Source of the DNA: Dimorphilus gyrociliatus
Lineage: Eukaryota > Animalia > Annelida
Direction: 5' to 3'
DNA: 64,000 bases
Assembly: GCA_904063045.1 (NCBI GenBank)
Contig: CAJFCJ010000016.1
Coordinates: 930,001 to 994,000 of the forward strand
Shown here: piece by piece, positions 1 through 25,503 of the stretch
Layout of the letters: the number at the start of each line of letters is the position of its first letter
Numbering within the stretch: the stretch's first letter is position 1
Notes under the pieces: generated by a model
What the model saw: the letters and a program-made list of their open reading frames with translations, nothing else
What the model was told of the DNA's origin: nothing
Database searches by the model: none
Translations under genes and position numbers: made by a program

Positions 1-496
1 GGTAAGTGATTCATTTTTCTTCATGTTCTTACTCTATTCGAGGTAAACTTGCAAAACTTCTGCCAACTGTTCCTTCTATCATCTTTTCTAGGTGTGATAG
101 CGGGCAGCGGAACTCTGGTCGGATTTCCTGTGATAAGAGGTTACCTGTCACTCCTTGTCCCGAACACACAACAAGGGGCTTTATTCTCCGGAACTTGCTT
201 CGTAGAAACTCTAGCTGATTTATTTGGCAATATAATTTTTGGCCTGATTTATGCCCAAACCTCCAAGACAACCTATCCAGGCTTAGTGTTTATTGTAGCG
301 GGTCTAATTGGTATCTTGAGCGTCATTCTAGCAAGGTAGGAGATAGATTTTAGTATACTTGCTTTTATCAATTAATACTACTTTTACCTCTTGGTTTTTC
401 TAGTCTTTTGTTTTCTTATTTGTTAACATAAACAGTTTCGCTAGTCGAATAGAAAAAGGACACGAAGACGAGCTTATTGTAGAAGACGAAGACTAA
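1..496 (+). CDS. 3' end of MFS transporter, SLC46/PCFT-like (5'-truncated by window)
   Basis: Donor G|GTAAGT at 1/2; exon 92-335 (GVIAGSGTLVGFPVIRGYLSLLVPNTQQGALFSGTCFVETLA...IYAQTSKTTYPGLVFIVAG) resembles the C-terminal helices of SLC46 (IRxxxSxxVxxxEQGALF motif); last exon 436-496 (SFASRIEKGHEDELIVEDED*). Phases 1 and 2 join in frame. Confidence 0.7.
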
Positions 497-1217
497 CAGC
501 CGAACAGCCCTGATAAGGAACAAAAAACAAAAGCAATAATTAATAGCAAAGCTAAATAATAAAGCTTATGAATATTCAATTTAGATTAAATAAAATTAAG
601 AACAAAATACAATATATACTGTATATATAAATTGATATATAAATATATATATATATATTAGTATATATACTGTATATACTGTATACTGTGTATGTATGAA
701 TGAATGAATAAATTAATAAATAGTACGATTTGTCTGCTATTTTATTAGTTAGAAAAGTAAAATCGGTGCTGCTCAACTACAATGTTTCATATTATGACTG
801 AACGTTGAAAAGAGAATATTCCATGTTTTTACATTAAAAACCGAGAGATGGCATCTGATGTCGTTTATCATCTTTTAGAAACGTACTTTTTTTTTGCCCC
901 TTAAGGAAAAGGAAAAGATGGAAGGAATACTTGGAAAAGTCCCCAGGTAATGCGAGTTAAATTGTTAATATATATAAATATATATATAGCATATAGTATG
1001 CAGTATAACTGTATGCAGTTTATAAAGAGATATTTGGAAGAGAAGTGCCCACTAACGTCGAATGAATGACATTATTAGAGACATTCAAGAAAGAGATTAC
1101 GGAGAAACTAATGAAAAGAAAGATAGTCAAAAGAGAATGCAAAATGTAATTACTTGCGGTGTATATACCATATATATTAGTATATATGCTATATTATATA
1201 TATAGATATATATTGCA

Positions 1218-1253
<36 letters not shown>

Positions 1254-4200
1254 TATAACGTATAGATGTGTATAATACTGCAAAATTGCTCGTTTTAGAC
1301 ATATAACAAGTTAATAAGGTAATAATTGAGATACTATTCATACATACTTTGATTTTGTAACTTGGAAAATGTTTGTAAAATGCAAACATAATTTACTATT
1401 CTAAAACGTTGTATAGTTATTAAAAATATTGAAGCATAGCTCTTCGTGACGTCATGAATCTATTGTCTATTGTCACTTTTCACTCTGACGTCGTATAAAT
1501 CCAATGTTTGTCCAGTTGGATGTATCATATTACAAACAATGCTAAATCAATTTATAACCTGAACGAGGTCAGGCGCTCCATATTGGAATTTCCCTTTCTC
1601 TAATTCAATTATACCTCTAACCGATTAGGGGCTGGATTTAATCGCCCAGCTCATTGACCTTAGCTTACAAGTGGTGTCAGCTCTCTGTTATCTCTTTGGG
1701 GATGTTGTAAACCATTCACTTCTTTCTAGCGAAAGGGCTGGAGGGAGAGGGAAGAGGAGAGGGCTTGCAGAGAAATCAATAATAATTCATCGATACTGCA
1801 AAAGCTTTTAAGTGGTTAAGTTTTAGGCCTATGGTGGTATAAGAATGTCACTTATCGAGACAAGTGAGAAAAAGGCAACATGATCTAAAACCGAGTTAAT
1901 TAGGCATAAAGTTAATTCGAATAGTGCGATGAAGCGTGTAAAACTAGTAAGAACAATTTACTTTTGCGTTGATAAAGTAACTAGTACGAAAAAGTAAATA
2001 TTTTTTTTTTAAAGAAAAATAGACAGAGAAGAGAAGAGAAGAAAAGTAAAAATTGATAGATACTACTGTCGAGTAGAAAAAAAACAAAAAGAGACACCTA
2101 GTCGATTGATATAAACAAACAACTGGCATCTATAAGGAAAAGTAGAAGAAGTAGGAGGAGAAGAGAAGAGGAAGAAGAAGAAAAAGAAGAAGAAGAGAGC
2201 TAGACAGAGCTAGATCGAGGAGCAGAGACAGAGAGACAAGACTTATTTACTACTCTAAAGAAAAACTGCTAATTAAATGTACAATAGTACCTCTTTGAAA
2301 AGTAATACGCGTACGGTCGAGTATCGCGCATGTACCTACACAAACCAAATCCCTAGTGAATTCCGTTAGATGAGACTTGCATATTATATGTATAATGAGA
2401 AATTTGTACTGCAATAAGCTACAATAGACGTGACTAGATAGTTTATATTTACTAAAAGCTTTACTTTCTTTATTTGTAAATTTAACTTGTTATTTCATAT
2501 ATATAGATATATATATATATATATATATATGTATATTTATAGATATACTGTATGTAATAAGCATATTACTAAGATTCAGCTAGTAGGAAATATAGAGTTT
2601 GCATTTAAAAAAAAAGGGACTGATCTGGATATAAAGTTTCTTCTTAAAAAGGCCATGAATGTTGTTTTAAAGTGCATTAGTTGCATTAGTAAAATAAATG
2701 ACCTGCAATTTCTCGCTTTCGAATCGATATAGGGAAAGATGAGAGAAGAATTAAAGGTTATCTGTAGATATTATAGTAAAAAAAAAGAAGGAGTCAAACT
2801 CTTTATGCTCTTTAGTATAATCTAATACAAGGAGAAATGAAGAATATAAATATATACATATATGAATTGATAATTTCTTTTTTCCCCAGGAATTCTATCC
2901 TATAATATAGAAAATTAACACCGAAAAGCTAATTTAACCCATTAATTATGTACGTACTATCGAAGTGAGGGGCAGACGGACTGGTCAGACTTTGTTAATG
3001 AGCTTCGTAATTAAATATTTAAGCTAATAAAAAAATGAGTTTATTTAGGATACTCCTCTAATCCAATAGATATAAAGTTATACATATGCCAACATATATC
3101 TACTGTGTATATATTTATAAACTAGGCATTCACTTTTTCAATACTTTTTTCTCTCTTTCTCTCTTTAATTAAGTGTATTCATAGGCTTATAAAAAGTGAA
3201 TAAAAAAATGAAGAGAGAGTGAGTGAGAAGGAAGGGAAGACTGAATGAGGGAAAATGAATAGAAAATAGAGAGAGAGAGAGAAAAAGGGGCTGTAAAGAA
3301 CCTGGTTATTAACTGAATTATTGTATGATTTCACCAATTTTCCTCTTAAGTTCCTTATAACATAAGGGCCATTGTGAAAAACAAAACAAACTACAAAATT
3401 TATTTTCAAACTAGCACAACAAACCACTGCCTAAAATATTATTCTTACGTTCAACTATCCAACGACTAGGCCTACTTTGTCACTAAATTCTACAAAGGGA
3501 AGAAGAGAAAATCCAGGTATGGAGAGAGAAAGAGAGAGAGAGAGAGAAATCAAAGATCCTCAATGAATTATAAGGATATAAACGTTTAATAAAATTTTAT
3601 ACAAAAGGTTTTATTCTTTTTCCCCTCTTCTTCTTTTTCTCTTTTTATTATTATTATGATGCATAATGTTAATTATAGTTTCTTTTTAAAAGGTTGAAGG
3701 AAGTGACGTTGGCGTCTCTTTGTTTGTTGTGTATGAACACCTGAACCAAATTTTTACCTTACATGTTTATAATTAAATAAAGTTTATGGCAAAGATAAAG
3801 ATATAAACACTGTGTAGTAATATATACACCTGCGCTTGCAGACACATAACAAGCAAGCGCAACATACGAAGAGAATCAAGAACCAAGTGCATATTTTCTA
3901 AATCTTCTAATGAGGCGGAATTTGAGGAGCTGGGAAAGAGTTTGAATATTTTACCAATCTGGACAAACTAGAAGGAAAACTGCAGATGTTTTGTCAAGTC
4001 TCTAATTCTTTACCCCAGTGGAATTGAAAGTGATTCGAGGGGGATATAAAAAACACGTTGCCTATATTTTCGCTCGATTTTTCCTCTTCTTTCTCCGCTT
4101 TTAAGCGAAATGTCAGGCGGTTTGACGCATGACTAGAGGGTAGGAAAAAAAAACACAGACCCTAACTGAACTGCAAAGCCTTTTATGGTCGGACGATTGC

Positions 4201-5149
4201 AGTAGCACCACAATATAAATACAATACAATTGGATACAGTCGATTACTGTAGAGTACTCTAGACGATCTTTATTAAAATAACTCCCCCTTTTAGCATATG
4301 CTTTCATACTCTCCAACTAATAATTAATCATCTTTTCATCCCTTTCTAGTTGCTTGTTTATTCCTTTCTAATTTAATAAAAAATGTGTAGAGATGATTAA
4401 AGTTTTTCGGCAATGTTAAATTATCATTTCCTCGTTTTTTTGATAGTCCGTAAATGGAATAGAAAATATTCCCATTCGGCAGAAGGAGATGGATGCTCTC
4501 TATCTCATTATTATGTATAAAAGTTGCCTGATACTTTTTCCCCTATTTCGCCCTTATCATTTTCAATAAAAAACACGTGCAAGTCGCTGAAGTGTATAAA
4601 CACACAGCTGCATAGATTCATGCGTACGTATTGTACACTCTACGCTCTTCAGTCTATTGTAACATACACTTATAAATCTACATACATACATACTCGTATA
4701 AGAAATCATTTGCAGTATAAAAAGATACCAGAATAAAATAATAAGAACCCAAATTTATGTAAAAGCAATGAATAGGAGAATTAATAACAATAAAAAAAGA
4801 AATTCTAAAGATATAAGAAAATCTTTGCCTATCCTATTGTTTTTAATTGGGATGATAAGTTTTTTCCGAGTCACGTGATCGCTCTTATTCCGGCAGGTCT
4901 CATGCAATTATGCTAAGATATAAAGACCGACCTTGTCCGTCTTGTCCGCATACTAAAGGATGGTGGCGCTAGATCAAATCGTGAACGGAATTTCGTCTTC
5001 AATTTCCAGAGTGTCACCTGCCAATTAGATAGCCTAATCAATTTTTATTCGATATTATCGACTTGCTGTGCAGCTTTTACGGTTTGAATAGGCAACAAAC
5101 GATCCAGGCGACGCCTTTAGACGCCTCAGTCGCCTTCTAGACGCCGGCT

Positions 5150-16821
<11,672 letters not shown>

Positions 16822-18255
16822 TAAGTTAAGTTGTAAGAAAAGTCGTTTCCTCCATTCCCTCCGTCCTCATTTTTTTCTCTTGCAACAAATATCAGATATA
16901 TTCTTTTAAAAACTCTGTCTTTATCTCTATTATCTATCTATTTATCTTAATCTTTTACAACTGTCTTAGTCATCCATGTATCTTTTTCTTTCTTTCTTTC
17001 TTTCTCTCTCTCTCTCTCTTTCCTTTTCTTTTTTCGATCTCTTAGATTTAGGATTTAACTTTTTTATCTAGAATTAAGACTCTTCGTGCATTATATTCTT
17101 ATATCTCTTTATTCTTATTATTCTTATTCTTATTATTATTATTTGCTTGTTATTTATGTTTCTTAATTATTTGTTTACTTTTTCTGTTTTTTATTTCTTA
17201 TTCTTTACAAAAAAAATAATTGACTTACGCCAAATAAAAGAAGTAAGAAGGGGAGACCGAAAAATATTTGGTAATATTCAATCAATCAATCAAAAACCTC
17301 ACTCTCTCTCTCTCTCTCTCTCTGTTCAAAAATGCACAAGAAAAAAGACAACAAGATTGTTTTCTTTTTTTCTCTCTTCATTTCTTTTTCATTTTTATTT
17401 AAATTTCATCAAACTATTTCGCAATATTTTTCTTTTTGGCAATTCCAATACGTATATATATATATATATATACGCTTGATTATATACGTATTTATTGAAT
17501 GAAATTGTTTTGAACTGCTGTTGAAAAACAGTAAAAGAAAAAGAAAAGAAAAAAAAATTCCCAACAATATTTTTTAATAAAAAAAAAAGAAATAAAAGAA
17601 ATTTTTTTTCGGCTGTCAGAAACACCCAACTCGTTTACAAAATGTTTAAATAAATGATTAATACCATTTTGCAAACTTGTTCGAGGTATTCTTGCAGTAA
17701 TTTCCAACAATTTTTTTTTCTTATTTAACAAAGAAACATTTAAGAAAAAATGTTTTAAAAGAACAAAAATTGAGACAAAAAAAGAAAATTTTTTTTCAAT
17801 GTAATAACTTTTTGTTTTCCTTCAATGATTGTAAACAACTTTCACGTTTTTCACTTTCATTTTTCTCCTTATTTTTTCTATTCTTTTCATAATAGAGAAT
17901 CTTTCTTTCATTTTTCATTTTTCTACTCTTTGTTTCTTTTTCTTCTTTTTTCATTTTTGATCTGCAAAAAACGAAGCCTGAATAATTAAAGTGAAACATT
18001 TCTTCTTTTTTTTTATTATTATGTATTAATTGTACATGCTATAATTTATGCATTGATATGTTTATAAATAGCAGGTAGACAGTATTTTACTGTACATACA
18101 TTTAATATTATTAAATGTATGTGTAGCTGTTGCGATACGCACACCATTCTGTATATATACCGTGTATTACACTGTATATATATAGTTGTTATCCTTTTCA
18201 ACTTTTTCTACTTTTTACTAAATGCTTCTTTTCCTATTTTATTAAAAATATTCAG

Positions 18256-18401
18256 CTGGTTTGGCGCTATTAATTGCCCAGTCAACAAATCAAGGTGTTA
18301 CAAGTGCGGGAGAGACTTCGGCATCTGAATCAAAACCTTTGAAATCATCTAAAAAATCGTCGAATGAATCTGAACTGGATCTAACAGAGACGACAATTTG
18401 A
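18256..18401 (+). CDS. Probable alternative terminal exon of the mGluR gene, ending in PDZ-type motif -ETTI*
   Basis: GC-richer island in AT-rich DNA; acceptor TTCAG at 18255; phase-1 frame open for 47 codons (GLALLIAQSTNQGVTSAGETSASESKPLKSSKKSSNESELDLTETTI*). Phase-1 donors exist within exon 10 at 16426/7, 16435/6 and 16453/4. Confidence 0.55.
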
Positions 18402-18686
18402 AATTGACATATTACATAATAAAATATTGAATGTATAATCAAGAAAAAAACAAATAATAATAATGAAAACTTGTAAAACTGTTTATACCATTAACTTATT
18501 AAAGGAAAAAACCAACTTTCTATGCACAAATTTAATGTAATAAGCTTGTTTCTTTTTCTTTTTCTTTCTTTTTTGTTCTGGAGAAGTGCTCATGCAGATA
18601 AAATGTAAATTTTGTATATAGCAAACAAAACTATGTAATTTATGCATTATATAAAAAAAAACAAACAAAATATTTTACTATGTGTA

Positions 18687-18724
<38 letters not shown>

Positions 18725-20423
18725 TTTCACTAAACTACTCAATCTTTATTCTCCATCAATTTATCTTAATTTTTTTCACTTTCTGTCTCTCTTTTTCTGG
18801 CTATCTTTTCCCCCCCTTCGCCCCTTCCCTCTCACGCCTACCTTAATATAGAATAACACAGAAATGGACGTCTTTACCACTGTCTTTCAATTTCCTGTTG
18901 TAAGAAACAAACGCATGTATTTGACGACGATGACGACACCATATACAACTAATTATATAATGTATTATATTTTGCCAAGATAAAATTGAAATATATAGAA
19001 GGACAGGTCTCTTTTGAATTCTATTATATTACAACTAATTAACAATAAGACGGATTGATAGATAGAAACGAGATAATTCAATTAACTATTGAAAACAGGA
19101 AAAGAAATCTTTAACTAAAATCCTCCCGTCAAGTAAAAATAGTCAAACATGTTAATTTAATATAACGTTATACAATTTTTAAAACTGCAATACCGCAATA
19201 TTGTATTTACTTTTCAAGTGCTTTAACCATTCTTCTAAAATCTAATAAAGGAATTTAGTCATATTACGTTACCCAAAGCATCTTCATTAAAAAGCTTACA
19301 ACTAATGGATATATTTAATTTTGTTCCTTTTTCAACTTGATAGACTAAATATATACTGTTTGTTTGTTTGTTTTTTATTTCCTTCTTTCCATCCACCACT
19401 GTCATTTTGCCATTCTGTCATCTCCTACCAACTTTCTTTATACGAAGAAATATACCATTTGCCCATTCTTCAACAACTCTTTTAAGGCGTGAAATAGAGG
19501 CTCAAACGCGTAAACTCAATCTTCTACAAATATATAATTATAAATTAACCACAAGACTAATTACGTTGTTGATGCATACAAGCACTTTACTTCTTTCCTC
19601 CAATTCTCATTTATTTCTTAAATGTCCGATAGATGGTGTTGTAAACGAATTATTTATTTTATTTTTTGTATAACAATCGGCAGATAGAGAGAAAAAAAGT
19701 CTACTTTTCTGATTTTCTATTAGATTGTTTGCGTATGGAATGACAAAACTAACGACCTACTTATGTATTGTGTGTATTGTATACATTCGCACGTACATAA
19801 TACCTATATATAAACACGTTTATAGATTGGATTATTTTTAGGCCTCTTGCCATTGTTTTCTTCCTCGAGTACTTGAATAAAGAGAGAGAGAGAGAGGAAA
19901 AGCAGAAAAGGAAGAGGAAAGAGAAGAAATTGAAAAATGACAGCCGTGATAGTATTATTAGAAATGTAGAAAAAAAAAGATTAAAAGTTGTTTTTTAATT
20001 ATATAATAACTTTTTTAATAAAAAGAGAAAACCAAGTAGAAAGATAAATGTCATTTAAATATCAATACACATTTAACTTTTCATTAAATATTCTATCTTG
20101 TTGCTTATTTAATTTTAATTAATATTTTTTATTTATCATTTTATATTCATTTTTCCAGGAAAAAGAATTTTTTCTTTATGAAATTGTATTCTCTATACTT
20201 GTCTTTCTTTTGTCTATTTATTCTCTCTCTCTCTCGCGCGCGCGCTCGTACGCTCTCTAACTCTCTTAATTTGTTCCTCTGTGCAGAGGGAGAAGCCGTC
20301 TCTCCCCTAATTAATCATTGCCTCTAACTAATAAATTATAAATAAAGAATACATTCAACGATTGAAGTTTTGGATGAGTAATAGAGTAAAAAAGAAAAAG
20401 AAAAAGAAATGAAAAGTTGCAGT

Positions 20424-20463
<40 letters not shown>

Positions 20464-21371
20464 TTCTCTTTCCCTTTCTCTTTTTAAGAAGGATAATAAA
20501 ATATTCAAGTGAAATATAATTCAATTAAAATTTTTCATACTTTTTGGATATAAAATAAGAAAAGAAGAGGAAAAAAAAGGATCTTTTATGTACAATTTCC
20601 TCTCTTTTTTTTTCTTTATATATTATTACGCCTTCTTAAGAATAGTTCATGTTTGATATCTATAGATTACTCTTTTTTTTATTATTTAACTTCGTCTTTA
20701 TGCTTCTTTTAACAATTGAAGGCATAACTCTTCCTTTCTTTTTACCACCCTTGAAACACTTATCTACAAAGTTCAAGCTCAAAATACTCGTATATGATTT
20801 AACAGGGAAATATTTAATATTTAATACTTAATTATATATGACTTGAATATTTGCTATGTAAAGTAGGGGTACATTATATCTATTCATTCTATTCGTAGCC
20901 AGTTAGCAAGCGAAGAGAGTAGAGATGAGAAAAGGGGAAAAGGGAATGAGACACAGAGAGCAAGAGAGAGAGTGTGTGTGTGTGTGTTTGTGTGTGAAAG
21001 CGAAAGAGAAGACAAACGAGTGAGAGAGAGAAAAAATAAACTCGTGTTATGTATGCGTGTCTAAGTTTAATTCTTTATCTAATTGATCAAACGATGTATC
21101 AAATTTTCATTAGAGCAGCCTTATTATTTTTCTATTGTTTTCACCTCTTTTTAGTCTTATCATAAAAGTGAGAAAGCATGGCTGGAAATTATATATACAC
21201 TACACAGAATGTATGAAAAACGTCCACAGCTTTTGTACGAATATTCTGAGAATGTGCAAAAAACATTGTTGTAATTATATAATACTATTAGGCCTACTTA
21301 ATTAGGGTAGCTCTAAAAAATATCAGGCTATTATTAGTAATTATCGTTATTATTAATTAACTAGAATCATC

Positions 21372-21409
<38 letters not shown>

Positions 21410-24400
21410 TGAATGAGAAAATGAAAAGATGGGAGAGAGAGGAGAAATGTTTTACTCTTTTGTATTAAAAGTGTTACCATTCGATAATGTAAGGAAAGCT
21501 TATATAAATATATCATACACAATATGAAAAAACCTATTGATACTTTTACAAATCTAGTCATTTCTTGAGCCGAAAACGCCAACAATAAGAACTTTCTCAT
21601 GTGTAAATACAACATATGTGCAGTATAGCTATACAGTCTATCTATCTATTGCTGTATATCTACATGTTCATCTGATACTATGTATACAATATACATATTA
21701 TATGAAATATATATATACAGTATATAATATTAGTATATATAATAATATACATCTATACAGTTTACTCTCTGACCATTAAATTAAGAAAGCATTTCAGTCA
21801 CATAATTTTCCTTCTCTTCTCATCTCTTCTTTCCTATTCTTCCTCTCTGTCTTCCTTCCTCCCTGTCTCCCTATCTCTCTAATCGTAGGCCTATTGAGAT
21901 TTGGAATTGAATAAAAAATTAATGATGAATAACGCAATTCACGATAAAAACCAAGAGACGAAGAAGAGAAATGTAGATAGGGCTAATTAATTTCGAGTAA
22001 AGATTATAGAAATACAAAGTATATATGCTTGTAATATTTCTTATAGAATATCATTTGTTTATTTCCTTGTTTATTCCTATAGTAGCTGCGAATATTGGCT
22101 ATCGTTTATCATTTCTTATACTGTATATATATATATATATATATATATAGATACATAGAGATTGCAGTTAACGCCTCGAAAAGAAATAAAAAAAAGTCTG
22201 CTCTTATCCCTTATTACATATACAAAAATGATCCGGAATCAAACTAAGCGCTCAATTTTCAACTAATGCTTCGTGATCGATATCACCGTTAATGTCAAAT
22301 ACTTTGGATTTTGAGGGATAGGAAAAAAAAAGCTACCCTTAGCTACGTGTTGCTATGTTACCCCAAGCGGTTTTGAGAAGCAATTTAGACAAGTCATCTC
22401 GCTTGGTCCATGCAAATACATTCTTTCAATATGCACCTATTTTTCCCCTCTTTTTTATTAATCGATAATAACCATTATTTCCTCTGCTTTAATATCAATA
22501 CACTCTACCTTCAGGTCTACTTCTTCTTCGCCCCCCCCTCCCCCCACTCTTACTCCTCCTACTCCTACTCCTCTTCTTTTACTTTCTCCTTTCTCCTCTT
22601 ATCTTGTATTGTATTCCAATTCACCGACTATTCCGCTCTTTTCTACTCCCACCTCTTCAGTATTTTTTTTTCTACCCCTTGTAGTTTTTTGCTCTAGTTT
22701 TAATACCATAATATACACATTTATAATCCAGTCTGAACATGTCCTACAAATCAAATGCTCTTTTTTCTTCTTGTTCTCCTTCTTCTTAAGAAGAGTCTTT
22801 TTTTATTTTTTAGGGTTAGAAATAATCTATCGCCGTAGGCCTATATTTGTATATGTGGTTGTTTCCACATATAGGAGAATAGAGTGTTTACAGGCTGAAT
22901 CTATAAGCAATTACCATTGATTATTCTTTGTTTGTCTTTTTCTTTGGTAAGTAACTATTTGTTCGTCTAATGTTAAATAAAAATGTTTAATTTAATTAAT
23001 TAGAAAGAGAAAATCTGGCAAAAATCATTCGATAGGCATTTTGAAAAGAAAATTCAAGGGAAATTAATTATATAGCTAAACAAATGGAGGAGAAGATGAA
23101 ACGAAGAGAATTTTCAATAGCTGATGAAAGTAAAAGTGTGACAATTTTGCTAAATGAACGAAGGTATGGAGAGAGAGAGAGAGAGAGAGACAGAGAGAGA
23201 GAGATACACAGAATTGGGAATTAATGGCAAAAATAAAGCAATCTCCATTCTTTAAATCAAATGCAATTAATGAAGTTTTTAGTAACAATTCGTGACAGCA
23301 AACACTAGTCCTCAATTACTTGGCCATTCTTTAATTCTCTTTATAAACTAAGGTAGTGCTTTTTTTAAGCAAAAAGTAGTATGGCATTAATGTTGAAATT
23401 AGGTCAAACTGATTAGATATAAATAGTTTTATTTGAAATATAAAAACATAAAAAAGGTGGAAAAGAGTAAATTAAATTTATTACAAGCATAATCAATATA
23501 CAGTAAAGAGTATATTAGTACGTATGTGCGCATGCATATATGCATATACTGTATATATATACATATGTTTTTATTCTCCTTGTCTTCTTGTCTTCTCCAC
23601 TAAAGAAAAAAGGAATTTACTTTCTATTCTTATTCAACTTCCTCTTCTTCTTCTTCTTCTTCTTCTTCTATAATACTTACTAATCACTTTTCAATAGGAT
23701 TTTACCTGACCTCTTTTTTCTAGTTGTTTTACTCTTTGCTCTAATTTTTACTCCACTTTCTCGTCCTATGATATTCATCCATATTCATATATCCTGCACA
23801 GGTACAACGGAAATTATTCAACATACCCAGATACATATTTATGGCCTTGTATTATTTGATTATGAATAGTTTAGAAGATCTTGATAAGAGCAGCTGATAG
23901 TGTAATTCTTATCGACAGGCTAACGTTTTAAAATATCTGTTTATATGGGATGGAAGTACTTGATCTACAGGCTAGGAAGTCGAGCCTTATCTAATCAAGA
24001 ACCGTGTGCTTAAGCAATGTCGATACCATATCAAATAATATAGATGAAAAAAAGAAATATTCACATACGACAGAATGAGACCTTCAAACGAATTTTTATT
24101 TGTTCTTTATTATTAATTAGTTAATAAATTAATAATATTTACCTATTTATCTATTACACGGACAGGACTGCGGCTAATTTCACATGTCCTCCCACACATA
24201 CAACTAACTATGTGTGTTTATCTATTGTTTATGTACTCTATATACTTATACATTGTATCTCGCTCCTCTGTCTCTTTCTCTTGGATTCGTGTTCGTAAGG
24301 TTGAATTTTATGCGAGGGTCGATTAGAGCAAACTCGTAAGCTTGTTATTCTTATCCATTATTAATAGGACTGCTTGTTGGCAGTCTGAAAAAAAAGGAAT

Positions 24401-24784
24401 GTTTTAGCTGGAAAAGGCGGCGACTAGGGAATAAAGACGTTCAAAAGAGTGTCTCTTTTTTGGCGAAATAAGGATTTTATGAAGCTCAGCACATACTTAA
24501 AAATCGTTATTGCTCACAAAACGCGCGCTTAATCAACACAATTTGATATAAATGATTTACAACTATAGAAAGGTGTGTATAGTATTGGAACGTAATGTAA
24601 CACGGTTACGTGCTCAACGTTAATTCATTACGAATCATTTTCCGGAAGGGAATTGGTAACCACTCGAACACCCAAGGTAGGTTATTAACAGAATGCGGAC
24701 GGCGTTCGATTAACGCTCGACGCCAGAGAAAAATTTGTCTGGAATAATATTTACGTTAAAAATTAAGTACAATGTAATAAGAAA

Positions 24785-24908
24785 ATGGCGACAAAATTGA
24801 TATATTTTACGATTAACGAAAGAGAAGAACAGGCGGAATTTCGTAACGACGACACAAACGAAGAAGTACGAGGTAAGAAAAGATGTCGATATAATATATA
24901 CACGAGAC

Positions 24909-24939
<31 letters not shown>

Positions 24940-25465
24940 AAACCGATAAGCGTTCACAATTGGACGTTTAAAAAACGCTTTAGTTCTATATATATTTACT
25001 TGTTACTCTGGGCATTAGTACCCTGTGTGTGTATGCGTGTATCTATGTATCTATGTATCTATGTATGCTTATACATAATTTATAGAAACCTGTAAAATAA
25101 GAGATAAACTAGAGATATAAATCTGACGTATTACATGCAAAAGACTATATATATATATATATATATACAGTATATTTAATAATACTTTAAAAGGCATACT
25201 CTTAATAATATATTATTTAAAAATTGGCACAAGACTTTAAGATTAAGAAATAAACTTTATGCAAAGGAACAAACAATAAAATGGCCTTGGAAGAGAATAC
25301 AATACGCTAGAAAACAGAAGGCCCAGACTTCAAATTTGCAGTTCTTCCTAATAAATCAGAGCGTGTAGTTTGTCAATATTTACACTATTCTTCTGCGCCA
25401 CCTTTTTTTCTACTATTCATATTTACCGACCTAGAAAAAATAAGAGAGATTTTTGGTCAATCTCT

Positions 25466-25503
<38 letters not shown>

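Noticed and set aside
576-4736. Short ORFs in the track (YIYI-, SLSL- and F/L-rich)
   Set aside because: They are translations of (TA)n/(CT)n microsatellites and AT-rich DNA, with no motifs or splice context.
17147-24700. About 20 ORFs of 60-110 aa between mGluR and PDE9
   Set aside because: Low-complexity, repeat-derived; only 18256-18401 has convincing exon features.
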